From: Nitrospirota bacterium
GTDB lineage: Bacteria > Nitrospirota > UBA9217
DNA: 64,000 nucleotides
Direction of reading: 5' to 3'
Assembly: GCA_963754875.1 (NCBI GenBank)
Contig: CAVWHO010000016.1
Coordinates: forward strand, 416,001 to 480,000
Positions 28,715 to 37,562 of the stretch are shown here, piece after piece. Positions within the stretch are counted from its first letter, which is position 1. The number at the start of each line of letters is the position of its first letter. The translations under genes and the position numbers were made by a program. The notes under the pieces were generated by a model, which saw only the letters and a list, made by a program, of their open reading frames with translations, was not told the origin of the DNA and searched no databases.

Positions 28715-28763
28715 ACGCGGCTGACCCGTCGGGCGAATACCGGACGGTAGCCGCTGGTTGGGA
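28708..28763 (-). mobile_element. integron attC site
   Basis: Minus strand TCCCAAC-cagcggct..agccgcgt-GTTAGGT, 56-bp imperfect hairpin just after a stop codon. Confidence 0.8.
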
Positions 28764-28791
28764 CACTGTTCGTTTCAGCTATCAAATAAGG

Positions 28792-29187
28792 TCAGGATGC
28801 TATATGTTTTGATTGAATTATCTTTTTTCTGACGATGCTTAAGAATTCCCGCAGCGCAGCCGCGGGAACAGGAGAAAGATGACTTTCTACAACGTTGTCC
28901 TGGACGCCGTCGTGGCAGTGGCGGGGAAATGTCGATATATGAGACCATTTTTCATGAGGTGCGTTATCATGTCGATAAATGCTGTTTCGTATCATGCTTT
29001 GTTCCCAATGGAACGAATACTCACCGTCAACCGTGTACCAGACATCCACGAACGTCTGATCAATGAGGTTTACCCGCAATTTGCGAACGCGACCTGTGTA
29101 ACTTGGTATCATCTCAGCATCTTCGACTATATCGCCGAATTCACTTGTTGCCAGCGCCTCAAGCTGCTTGTAGAGTTCTGATATCAT
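28792..29187 (-). CDS. DUF6516 (TumE-like) putative toxin
   Basis: YSFHW..YRHDNAPH..STFPRHCH motif. Confidence 0.7.
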   Translation of the reverse strand: MISELYKQLEALATSEFGDIVEDAEMIPSYTGRVRKLRVNLIDQTFVDVWYTVDGEYSFHWEQSMIRNSIYRHDNAPHEKWSHISTFPRHCHDGVQDNVVESHLSPVPAAALREFLSIVRKKIIQSKHIAS

Positions 29188-29452
29188 TCTCGATTTCCTT
29201 GATCTCTGCCTCAATATTCTTTATTTCAATCAAATCTTCCCATGTTGGGTGTTCAGGGACCGCCCCTTTCTTAATCTTTTCTTCCAGAACAGTCACAGTC
29301 TCAGCTTCATACCGCGCAAGTATCTCAATCCGTTCAATCTGAAGATTACGCTTCTTCTCTCGCAAGGTAAGAGTTGAGCCATGTTTGATGAAGTCCTCCG
29401 GTGACAAGGAATACTTTTTTGAAAGCGAGTCGATCGTTTTTTCGGTAATCAT
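29159..29452 (-). CDS. putative antitoxin partner of the DUF6516 protein
   Basis: 97 aa, overlaps the toxin start, AAGGAG SD, own TTGCCT-17-TAACGT promoter candidate; EHPTWEDLIE motif. Confidence 0.6.
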   Translation of the reverse strand: MITEKTIDSLSKKYSLSPEDFIKHGSTLTLREKKRNLQIERIEILARYEAETVTVLEEKIKKGAVPEHPTWEDLIEIKNIEAEIKEIENDIRTLQAA

Positions 29453-29598
29453 AAAACATCTCCTTTGTAGGTCCGTAGTTTATTGACCTATTGAGACGTT
29501 ACAATAAAACGTGGAAAAAGGCAAGGTGATTCATCGCACGTGAGCGCACGCCAGAAGAGGGAACACGGTCTTATCGCGCCCCTTTAGGCTTGAAAATC

Positions 29599-30170
29599 AT
29601 TCTAACCCGTCCAGGGTAAGCTCGGTGCCAGAAAACAAGGATCTTAGCAAACGAGGGCGCTTCTTCGCATTCATTAGCTCCTCCGTGATAGTTTTGCGCA
29701 GTTCGAATAGGTCGTGCGGACAATAGCGTGCTTCACATAGGACCAGACATAGTCCACAGGGTTGAGTTCTGGGGCATAGGGCGGGAGTTCCACGACCTCC
29801 ATGCTCGGATTCATTGAAAGGAACTCCTTCACAGGGGCTGCGCTATGGATGCTGATTTGATCCCAGATTAGGGTGATTGGGCCACGAAGTCTTTGACGAA
29901 GGTGGGATAGGAACGCTGCTGTCGAATGTCCTTCGAAATTCAAGTTGTCCGGCAGTAAATGGAAGTGGAACCCAAAATGCAGGGGGGACCGCCTGATCGT
30001 CATGGCTCCGATACCTGAGATTCGTTCGTGCGGGGTGGTTACTCGGATGACCGGGGTCTTGCCGCGGGGTGCCCACGTTCGTCGCACTAGTGGGCCAAGC
30101 ATGAAGCCAGTTTCATCAATGAACACAATCTATGACTCTTTCTCTTCTGCTTGCTGCATCACAATCTAGG
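29599..30170 (-). pseudogene. IS630 family transposase fragment (DDE half, frameshifted, N-terminus missing)
   Basis: FIDETG, RTWAPRG, LIWD, LPPYAPELNPVDYVWSYVK; in-frame stop upstream. Confidence 0.85.
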
Positions 30171-30191
30171 CAACAGTGGTGCTACTTGCCC

Positions 30192-30248
30192 CTCCAACAC
30201 GCGCGTGAGCCGCGAACTTTCGCGGCGGACTCGACGCGCTCGTTGGAA
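30192..30248 (-). mobile_element. integron attC site
   Basis: Minus strand TTCCAAC-gagcgcgt.gag..ccgcgaa/ttcgcgg.ctc.acgcgcgt-GTTGGAG, 57 bp. Confidence 0.8.
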
Positions 30249-30276
30249 TGAGGTTGGTTGATATGATCTCTCTTTG

Positions 30277-31458
30277 TTATTGCATGTCCGATGCTTTATG
30301 TTCAATTTGTTCTTGGGTACCTGACCATTTTAATTTCGACATGACCTCTTGATATTTCAAAAGGGCAGATGCAAATTGTTGACCCGCATCTGGATTGCTG
30401 AACTGGTAACTTTCCTTCAAGCCATGCTTCGATGAAATATTGAAGTCATAATACAATGCAACTGGAATTTGGCAGTTATCTTTAAATCGTCTATCGGGCT
30501 GCCCATTTTTATTTACATACTTCCAAGTGTTAGCAACAACCTTTGTGTCTGATGGCAATCGCTCTGTCTCAATAAAATTCTGCGGATGATGTTCGATTGC
30601 GAAATCACGAAAATCAATTAACCCAAACTCATCGCTCCTCTTATCTTTCATAGCAATGAAACCAGGATAAAAATACAAATCGCCCCCGTTAGCATTTTGC
30701 ATTTTTAAGGCGTCATATTTGGAATTTATAAAATCTACGGAAGCAATTTCAAATCTAACTTTTATCCTATTTACTGAATAATTTGCAGCAGACCTTGTTT
30801 TATATCGATCATTTTCTTGCTCACTCGTTATATCCCATATCGAATCTGACCTGGATAACTGCTCAAAGCTATTTTTTAAGGACAGGTAATCGTTTTTTAT
30901 CTCATCGTCAAAGTTAAAATCAATATCGAGTTTGAAATTGACGTATTCCTTTGTTGCTTCTTCTGCCTCCGCTTGGCATTCTTTAAACGTCTCCTCAAAG
31001 GACTTCATAAAAAATCCAATGAGGAATATTTTCGAAAATATCAGTTTTGTATGTGCTGATTGTGCTTTGGATTTAGCCTGCAAGCTTTCTGTATATAATT
31101 GATGTTTGTCTTTTTCGGCATTAATAATTGTTTCTTTAAGACCGAAAAGTCCTTCGCTTGTAAGAAGCTCCGGATTAAAGCTCTTTATTTCGTTTGCTTC
31201 TGACGCAACTACGCTTGGTTCCGGAATGTCAGGAGGGCCAGTGGCATTGCTTTTTGGAAGAACACGTTTTTCGTTGTTATCTAATTTGATTCTATCGTAG
31301 ATGCCTGAACCAGGGATGCCAACATTTAAGTATTTGCCTTTTGACCCGATGTTTACATTCAGTCCTCTCATACCAACTGTTGCACTCAATCCTGTCTTGC
31401 TAAGATTGAGGGTAAAGCCAGGAAATATCCGCAATCTTTTTCTAAATTTAAAAGACAT
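30277..31458 (-). CDS. DUF4236 domain protein (gene cassette)
   Basis: MSFKFRKRLRIFPGFTLNLSKTG..GIPGSG; C-terminal YVNKNGQPDRRFKDN; AGGAGG SD; AT-rich. Confidence 0.85.
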   Translation of the reverse strand: MSFKFRKRLRIFPGFTLNLSKTGLSATVGMRGLNVNIGSKGKYLNVGIPGSGIYDRIKLDNNEKRVLPKSNATGPPDIPEPSVVASEANEIKSFNPELLTSEGLFGLKETIINAEKDKHQLYTESLQAKSKAQSAHTKLIFSKIFLIGFFMKSFEETFKECQAEAEEATKEYVNFKLDIDFNFDDEIKNDYLSLKNSFEQLSRSDSIWDITSEQENDRYKTRSAANYSVNRIKVRFEIASVDFINSKYDALKMQNANGGDLYFYPGFIAMKDKRSDEFGLIDFRDFAIEHHPQNFIETERLPSDTKVVANTWKYVNKNGQPDRRFKDNCQIPVALYYDFNISSKHGLKESYQFSNPDAGQQFASALLKYQEVMSKLKWSGTQEQIEHKASDMQ

Positions 31459-31479
31459 TCGATACCTCCTTGATCTTTG

Positions 31480-31538
31480 AACCAACCGCCGCTGTGTGGG
31501 CGCGTTTTACCGCAACCCTCACGACGGCGTTGTTGTGA
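31480..31538 (-). mobile_element. integron attC site
   Basis: Minus strand TCACAAC-aacgccg..cggcg-GTTGGTT, 59-bp hairpin, followed directly by the SD and ATG of the next cassette. Confidence 0.75.
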
Positions 31539-31580
31539 CTATAGGCAGTGGATTTACGCTATACGTAGCGACACGACAAC

Positions 31581-32417
31581 TCAATATTCAATTTTATTGA
31601 GTCGTGCCTTAGCCGTTTCGGTATAAAAAGAAGTCTGTCCCTTGCTCTTCTCAAGAATTTTATTCAACCACAAGCGCGTGTTCTCCCAGTCCTTTTGTCC
31701 CCAATACGCTTGCGCTATTTGATATCTGAATCCTTGTAGATATGAACTATTGGGAAATGCTGTTTCAAATTCCTCGAATGTCTTTAGCAATTGAGGCATG
31801 TACTTTGAAAAGTTATTTTTGACACCATAGCTGCTGCCATACTGCCCTCTTTCTTCCCATCCAATTAGTACAAACATTTTTCGTTGAAATGCCATTTCTG
31901 CTGCATCTGTACCTGGAAATTCAGAAATCGTTTTATCGTACCACTGAATAGCCAATTCAACGTGTGGTAGCCATGAAGAATCAATAGTAAATGTCGTATC
32001 GGCTTTAGACCAGAAGTCACCATTTCTGATGTATGATTGTGCAATGACTGATGAAAGTGATTCATCCGAAACTTTAGCAAAAATCTCGCGAAGTTGTGCA
32101 AGCCGCGCCTTTATTTCGGTTGCTTTTGGAGATGTTGGATAATTCTTAATCAGACGTTGCCAGTCGTTTAATGCAGTTGAATAACGACCTTCATCAAATG
32201 ATAGTTGCCCCATATAGTATAACGCTTCAGCTTTATTTGCAGCAGACGCTTGCGGCTTATTGAGCAGTTCTATAAATATTTCCAATGCACGTGCGCGTAG
32301 ATTGTGCGCATAGAAATCTTTTGCGAGTGTGATGTCGTCCGCTTTTGCATTTTCCGTGTACAGCAGTAAAGATAAACAAATAGCGAACACGATGAAAATA
32401 GTAGACCTTGTCTTCAT
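31581..32417 (-). CDS. secreted TPR (BamD/YfiO-like repeat) protein (gene cassette)
   Basis: Signal peptide ending NAKA; AEALYYMG..Y..A..LIKNYPTS repeats; AGGAGG SD. Confidence 0.75.
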   Translation of the reverse strand: MKTRSTIFIVFAICLSLLLYTENAKADDITLAKDFYAHNLRARALEIFIELLNKPQASAANKAEALYYMGQLSFDEGRYSTALNDWQRLIKNYPTSPKATEIKARLAQLREIFAKVSDESLSSVIAQSYIRNGDFWSKADTTFTIDSSWLPHVELAIQWYDKTISEFPGTDAAEMAFQRKMFVLIGWEERGQYGSSYGVKNNFSKYMPQLLKTFEEFETAFPNSSYLQGFRYQIAQAYWGQKDWENTRLWLNKILEKSKGQTSFYTETAKARLNKIEY

Positions 32418-32447
32418 AATATCCTCCTTTTGGGGACAATGTTAAGG

Positions 32448-32488
32448 CTTCTTTCTGAACGCATTATTCAGAAAGAAGCTGGTTGGAC
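32448..32488. other. perfect 13-bp hairpin, possible degenerate attC
   Basis: GCTTCTTTCTGAA-N7-TTCAGAAAGAAGC next to GTTGGAC, at the position expected for an attC; the matching R' box is not clear. Confidence 0.4.
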
Positions 32489-32766
32489 TAAGCCGTTGTG
32501 CGCCACGTCGCTATGGGATTTCAAATGATTTGTCAGTTTAAAGCGAGGTCCGTGGAAACGGCATTGGCAGGGGCGTGAGACTTGTTCGAATGAAAAGCGG
32601 CGATTCCGGACTGCTCCGCAAGCCCCTTTCGAAAAAGACTATACAGGAAAAAGGATTTTTGGGCAATAGAGTATCGTTGCGAAAGACATGGCTGTTTTCG
32701 GGGATGGCTGTCGGGGCAGGGTTGTTCATTTCAGACTTTGCAGTAATCATTTTCGCGGCGGTCCTT

Positions 32767-32900
32767 TGCAGTTTTGTAGGTTGGGCTACGAGTCACAGCC
32801 CAACATCTTTTGAATTCTGTTGGGCAGGGTAAAAAATTTTGCCCAACCTACCGGCTAGGGGACTCTCCAAAAGGAATACGATTCATGTATGACACCTAAC
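32767..32900. repeat. 134-bp direct repeat copy 2 containing a REP doublet
   Basis: Near-identical to 28581-28714, also ending in ACCTAAC. Confidence 0.9.
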
Positions 32901-33032
32901 GCTGAGGTGAGCCACCGAGCCGAGCGAGGATTGCTCGTCTAATTTGTTATCTTACTTTGTTGGCTCGAGATGTACATCGCACGCCCCTGCTTCGCAACGG
33001 GTGCAACAACTTTCCTCTCGGGTCCCGCTTGC

Positions 33033-33521
33033 TTACTTCTTCTCTTTTAGTTTCGAGTATTGTTGAACCCTATTATACAAGTTGACAAAGTCTTTATAAT
33101 ATTCTGAATCTTCCTTCTGCAATGCGGTGATGTACGCCTTGACTTCCTTATTTTCATAAGTATCAACTATGTTATCCCAAAACCACGAATAAACATCTTC
33201 ATCGGAAATGAGATCACGCTCCCGTGCGTCTTCTATTGAAGATAAATCTCCTAAATATATATCCAAGTCGTCTGTAGTAATCTTCTTTGCAATAACGGGT
33301 CGATTATGTTCAATTGCTAAATATATATTAGCATTGAGCCCTTCCCGCAACCTTGAATCTAGTTTCCATAGTATATCAAAAGTGTTTTTGTCCACAGCTT
33401 GCCGGTTTTGCTTTATCTGATAAGGGATTTGAAATAATGCAGTTACACCGACAATCATAACAATAAGCTGTAGTATTTTCGAGATACGCTCAAATCTGTC
33501 CCATTTCGTTAACGGTTTCAT
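33033..33521 (-). CDS. hypothetical membrane-anchored protein (DUF4760-like, probable cassette)
   Basis: N-terminal TM, AT-rich, preceded by a GTTAGCA box and GGAG SD. Confidence 0.65.
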   Translation of the reverse strand: MKPLTKWDRFERISKILQLIVMIVGVTALFQIPYQIKQNRQAVDKNTFDILWKLDSRLREGLNANIYLAIEHNRPVIAKKITTDDLDIYLGDLSSIEDARERDLISDEDVYSWFWDNIVDTYENKEVKAYITALQKEDSEYYKDFVNLYNRVQQYSKLKEKK

Positions 33522-33840
33522 CGCTTTTCTATCTCCCTACGATGCTAACGATATGTGAAGACAACCACCAGCTTGGTTTTACATGTAACGCCAGTTATTG
33601 AGTAGCCCCCCTAGATAACATCGGATTTACGTTGTTATCTAGTTTAGCAATGAATGTGTCATTATTCACTGCATTTCGGTCGAATATATACCCGATTCAA
33701 TTCTATGTCAACGTCGTCGAATGGGTATTTGTGGGGTAGACGCCGGCAAATTTAGGGTGGATCTTTATGTTGTCATGAGTGTTGAAAAGAGTGACGATTC
33801 CTGGCGAGGTGAGTTCTTCTATATATATTAGAATGGTGGA

Positions 33841-33933
33841 TTATGTCGAAAGAGCACGACATCCCTTTTCCACAGCGTCCTCCTCGTCAGCCTTGCCCGC
33901 ACCGATGACGCCGATGATTTTTCGCTGAGTCAT
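33841..33933 (-). pseudogene. internally deleted TIGR00725/LOG-like gene remnant
   Basis: MTQRKIIGVIGAGKADE joined directly to EDAVEKGCRALST*. Confidence 0.5.
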
Positions 33934-34139
33934 GTAAGCATCCCTGCGCAGTTTGAAGATCATAAAACCTTAGCAGGGGAAAGGGGGAATTGAAATGCGA
34001 AAGGGGGAGGCAAGCTGTTCAAACGGTCGTGATCCCCATTTTCCCGGCTTTCTTCTCCCTTTCTCCTGCAAAGGTTTTTCTTGGCATTAAACCTACACTT
34101 ACCGACTCAAATATTGAACGTTTTTCCGCTGTGAATGAG

Positions 34140-35009
34140 TTACGGCAGTTTCCCGCACCACTCCTCGATGGTTGTCCTCATCTCCACGGGCCTCTCAGTC
34201 GGTATCCAGTGGTGGGAGTCGAGCACGACGGTCGTGCAGTTCTCGAGCATCTCGCAGAGTTCCCGGGCAATGGCCGGATCGCTGAATACCTTTCCGGTCG
34301 AGAACAGGAGCAGCACCGGCTTCTTAATATCGAGAAGAGAGGGAAGCTGCCGGTTGAGCTCGCGCAGGCTCTGGAGATAGGCTGTGGTGGGGAGGAACTT
34401 CAGATCATACCAGATCGATGCGTAGCGTTTCGTGATCGCCCCGGTCTGCTCCGGTGATTTCATCAATTCACGGGTTTCCCTGTCCAGCTCGCGGAGGTCC
34501 AGCTGCGGCAGGTGACGACGGTACACACCCAGATGGTTCAGCAGCCTGAGGATTGCGATGATCGGAGGAAGTACGAACAGATAGGGACGGAGCTTTCTTA
34601 ACCCGCCGGCAAAAGAGCGGGGATAGAGCGGCTCGATCAGGATGAGGCCTTCTGTTCTTGCTGAATGACGGATCGCGAAATGGATCGCAAGGTTGGCGCC
34701 CAGGCAGTGGCCAACGAGGACGGCGCGGGAATAGCCTTCAGCAGCGAGGATAGCGGCAATATCGTCGCACCACGCTTCAATGGTGATGGGGCCGCGGGAG
34801 ATCGACCTGCCGTTGCCGCGCAGATCGATCCGCAGGATGTCCCGGGAGTTCTTGAGCGAGGTCTCTTCCACGAATTCCGACCAGCGCGTCAGATTGCTCG
34901 CCATGCCGTGGAGCAGCACAACAACCGGCCGTGGCTCAGGTCCGCGGAAGACCCGGTAGGCTATCGTCGCGCCGTCGCGGGCGGTTAATGTGCGGGAAGT
35001 TTCGATCAT
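34140..35009 (-). CDS. alpha/beta hydrolase
   Basis: LLHG, DLRGNGRS, GHCLG nucleophile elbow, C-terminal HW..ERP. Confidence 0.88.
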   Translation of the reverse strand: MIETSRTLTARDGATIAYRVFRGPEPRPVVVLLHGMASNLTRWSEFVEETSLKNSRDILRIDLRGNGRSISRGPITIEAWCDDIAAILAAEGYSRAVLVGHCLGANLAIHFAIRHSARTEGLILIEPLYPRSFAGGLRKLRPYLFVLPPIIAILRLLNHLGVYRRHLPQLDLRELDRETRELMKSPEQTGAITKRYASIWYDLKFLPTTAYLQSLRELNRQLPSLLDIKKPVLLLFSTGKVFSDPAIARELCEMLENCTTVVLDSHHWIPTERPVEMRTTIEEWCGKLP

Positions 35010-35053
35010 CGTTCCTGCCTGTACGAATGGAACTCTTCTAAGCAATTTCCCCT

Positions 35054-35126
35054 GTCATTCCGGGCTTGAACCCGGAATCCAGCGGCTTTTCTTTTTTTTC
35101 TGGATTCCCGCTTTCGCGGGAATGAC
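35054..35126. repeat. palindromic REP/RPE-like element (ATTCC-N-GGAAT type)
   Basis: GTCATTCCGGG..CCCGGAATCCAG...CTGGATTCCCGC..GCGGGAATGAC. Confidence 0.75.
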
Positions 35127-35152
35127 GATCTTTGAACAGAGCACCGGCGACT

Positions 35153-35971
35153 TTACGGGCACTCGCGCTTGCGGACTTGCTGGTCCAAGGGACGTTGGAG
35201 CACCTCCTGGATCTGCGGAATGACCTCCAGCGCGGCACGGTGCCCTTCGGCGATCAGTTCGTCTATCTGCTTCACGTCCATGCGTCGAAATCCGGACAAA
35301 CAGGGTTCGATCACCAGGTCGGCATCCTTTACCTGTTCTTTCGTGTTTTCGTCGATGGCAATATCGAAGGCATTAAAAAGAACATCGATGATGTCCTCGG
35401 GCACGCGGTACTTGCGCTCGGCACTCAGGTTCACGGCCACGACCACACCCGCGCCCATGGAACGGAGCGGAGAAACAGGCACGTCCTCGACGATCCCTCC
35501 GTCCATCAGCATCCTGCCGTCGACACGTACCGGCAGATAGATGCCCGCCATGGCGCTGCTCGCCATGACCGCAGGAGCGACCTCGCCTTTTTGCAGCACC
35601 ACTTTCTCTCCGGAGCTGATGTCCGTAGCCATGATCGCGAGGGGAATAGGCGCATCTTCGATCCTGGCCTTGCCGATGGCAGCCAGAATGAGCTTCCCCA
35701 GCTCTTCATTCGAGAACAGCGCAAACCGCGAGAGCTTCAGCTTCGAGATCCTGACGGGGGTCATTCCCTGCCCTATGCGCCTGATCTCGGGAAGCGGCAC
35801 GCCGAAGGCATACAACGCCGCTGCAAACGCGCCGATGCTCGTGCCGGAAAGATAATCCGGCCGAAGGCCGTTCTCTTCAAGGGCCTGGAGCACGCCGATG
35901 TGCGCAAGACCGCGCGTGGCCCCGCCGCTCAGGGCAAGGCCGAGTTTCTGTTTTCCGGGAAACATGCTCAT
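35153..35971 (-). CDS. patatin-like phospholipase
   Basis: GGATRG.AHIG, GTSIG, DGG. Confidence 0.92.
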   Translation of the reverse strand: MSMFPGKQKLGLALSGGATRGLAHIGVLQALEENGLRPDYLSGTSIGAFAAALYAFGVPLPEIRRIGQGMTPVRISKLKLSRFALFSNEELGKLILAAIGKARIEDAPIPLAIMATDISSGEKVVLQKGEVAPAVMASSAMAGIYLPVRVDGRMLMDGGIVEDVPVSPLRSMGAGVVVAVNLSAERKYRVPEDIIDVLFNAFDIAIDENTKEQVKDADLVIEPCLSGFRRMDVKQIDELIAEGHRAALEVIPQIQEVLQRPLDQQVRKRECP

Positions 35972-36191
35972 GGATATCGACGTCCGGCAAGCGGTTCAAG
36001 ATAACCGGGTGCGCTCGCCGGAAAAGAGAATTTGCAGCTCGCGGGAGGGACTGAAGATGAGAAGGAAGTGTGTGGAAGAAAAAATGTACGTCCAATCTGC
36101 TCAGCTTCTCGTGTCCGCGCATCTTAACGGATCCCGATCTTCCTGAAAGCAGAACAAATGCCGATCGTCGTTCTGCATCTGTTCACTCGTT

Positions 36192-36220
36192 ACTATAGGT
36201 CGTTTGCCCGCCCTTGTCAA
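36192..36220 (-). promoter_or_regulatory. sigma-70 promoter
   Basis: TTGACA-17-TATAGT on the minus strand. Confidence 0.7.
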
Positions 36221-36270
36221 GAAATCGAAAAACCGGCACGCCGGGATGTTCAACGCGAAAAGAGCACGAT

Positions 36271-36921
36271 TTATCTGGCAGAGGACATCGGGACCGCCAG
36301 GGCCTTGCGAAGGGTCTTGGAGGTGCCGAAACGCTCCTTGAATTGCGAGTCAGCCCACTGATAGTCGTCTCGTATCATCACTTCTTTCAGCTTGTTGTTT
36401 TCGTCACGGTAATATTGGATCGTGCCGATATAGACGGCTTCGTCATCAGGCAGAACTTCGATCTGGAAAGGGCTGCTGAAGGTGTGGTACGTAATGTGGT
36501 AGGGAAGATCGTACTCGGTATAGAATGTGCCGCCGGACACGAAAAAGGTCGAGCCCTTCGGGACCTTGATGAAAAATTCTTTTTCCAGCGTCGTTGCAAA
36601 GGAGCCCTCGAACGTGGACGGCTTGCTCTTGGTCAAGTCCCTGGGCCGGTCCCCGCCGTACAGGATGAAGGCGTTTCTCAGCTCCTCGCCCTGCGACGTT
36701 TTCAGCGTCTGCTCTCCTTCCTGGAGCGGCGGATGCAATTCTATCCGCCCCACGATGATCGCCTTGTCCGGCGCTACGTTCATCAGGCTCGTGACCTGCG
36801 GTTCCGGCTGCCCGGACCCCATCGTCATCGTTGCGCAGGCACAGACCGACAGTACTGCAGCAGCGAAGCAGGGGACCAGGAAGCAGCGCTTTACCGATCG
36901 GTCATGCATACGGTTCCGCAC
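36271..36921 (-). CDS. hypothetical lipoprotein
   Basis: Hydrophobic signal with VCAC lipobox-like motif; AIIVGRI..AVYIGTI. Confidence 0.65.
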   Translation of the reverse strand: MRNRMHDRSVKRCFLVPCFAAAVLSVCACATMTMGSGQPEPQVTSLMNVAPDKAIIVGRIELHPPLQEGEQTLKTSQGEELRNAFILYGGDRPRDLTKSKPSTFEGSFATTLEKEFFIKVPKGSTFFVSGGTFYTEYDLPYHITYHTFSSPFQIEVLPDDEAVYIGTIQYYRDENNKLKEVMIRDDYQWADSQFKERFGTSKTLRKALAVPMSSAR

Positions 36922-36924
36922 CGC

Positions 36925-37395
36925 CTACCCCACGATCGTCACGATCAGGCCCGATGCCTGGGTCGCGATCCTGTTGCTGACCGTGCCGAGGACGTTCTTC
37001 GGCGAGTGGTGGAACCTGCCGACCACGATGGTCTCGTAACCCCCGTCTCTGGCCTCTTCGATGATGCTGTCCGCAACGTCGGTCGAATCGGAGACGAACT
37101 TCGTCTGGACCCGGCTCGCGGAAAAGCCCTTGGAGGTCAAAACTGCCACGGCCTTCTTGAACAGCGGCTCCATTTTTTCCTTCTGAGCATCGAGCCATTT
37201 GTCCACGACCTTTTTCCGGTCTTGTTTCTCGCCCTCGGAAAGGATGTGCCCTTCGTCCCAGAAGATGGCAGGAAGGTTCGGCAGGATGTGCACCAGGCCG
37301 ACCTGAACGCCGTCGGTCGCGAACTGCTGCGCAACGTATTCAACTGCCTTCATTGCGCTCGAAGAATCGTCTATTGCGATAAGCATTTTTTTCAT
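36925..37395 (-). CDS. universal stress protein (UspA family)
   Basis: KKMLIAIDDS, IVVGR, LGTVS. Confidence 0.88.
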   Translation of the reverse strand: MKKMLIAIDDSSSAMKAVEYVAQQFATDGVQVGLVHILPNLPAIFWDEGHILSEGEKQDRKKVVDKWLDAQKEKMEPLFKKAVAVLTSKGFSASRVQTKFVSDSTDVADSIIEEARDGGYETIVVGRFHHSPKNVLGTVSNRIATQASGLIVTIVG

Positions 37396-37562
37396 GTCCG
37401 TTCCCTCCGGGGAAATTATGCCGTAGACCGGTTGCTGTTCCGATCTTGACGGATAGGGTTGTTGAGAGCAGCATCAGGAGAAAAGAATATCTATGAAAAA
37501 GATAATCTAAATAAAGCGAAAAGGCAAGTTTGCGAAGAAAAAAAAGAGGGAGATTGCGGGTC

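Noticed and set aside
32538..32832. 70-aa and 85-aa ORFs as cassette genes
   Set aside because: They overlap or abut the REP repeat, lack a clear RBS and show no recognisable family; possibly a fragment
33560..34140. Integron integrase or attI at the head of the array
   Set aside because: No tyrosine-recombinase ORF on either strand; only a lone GTTAGCA box
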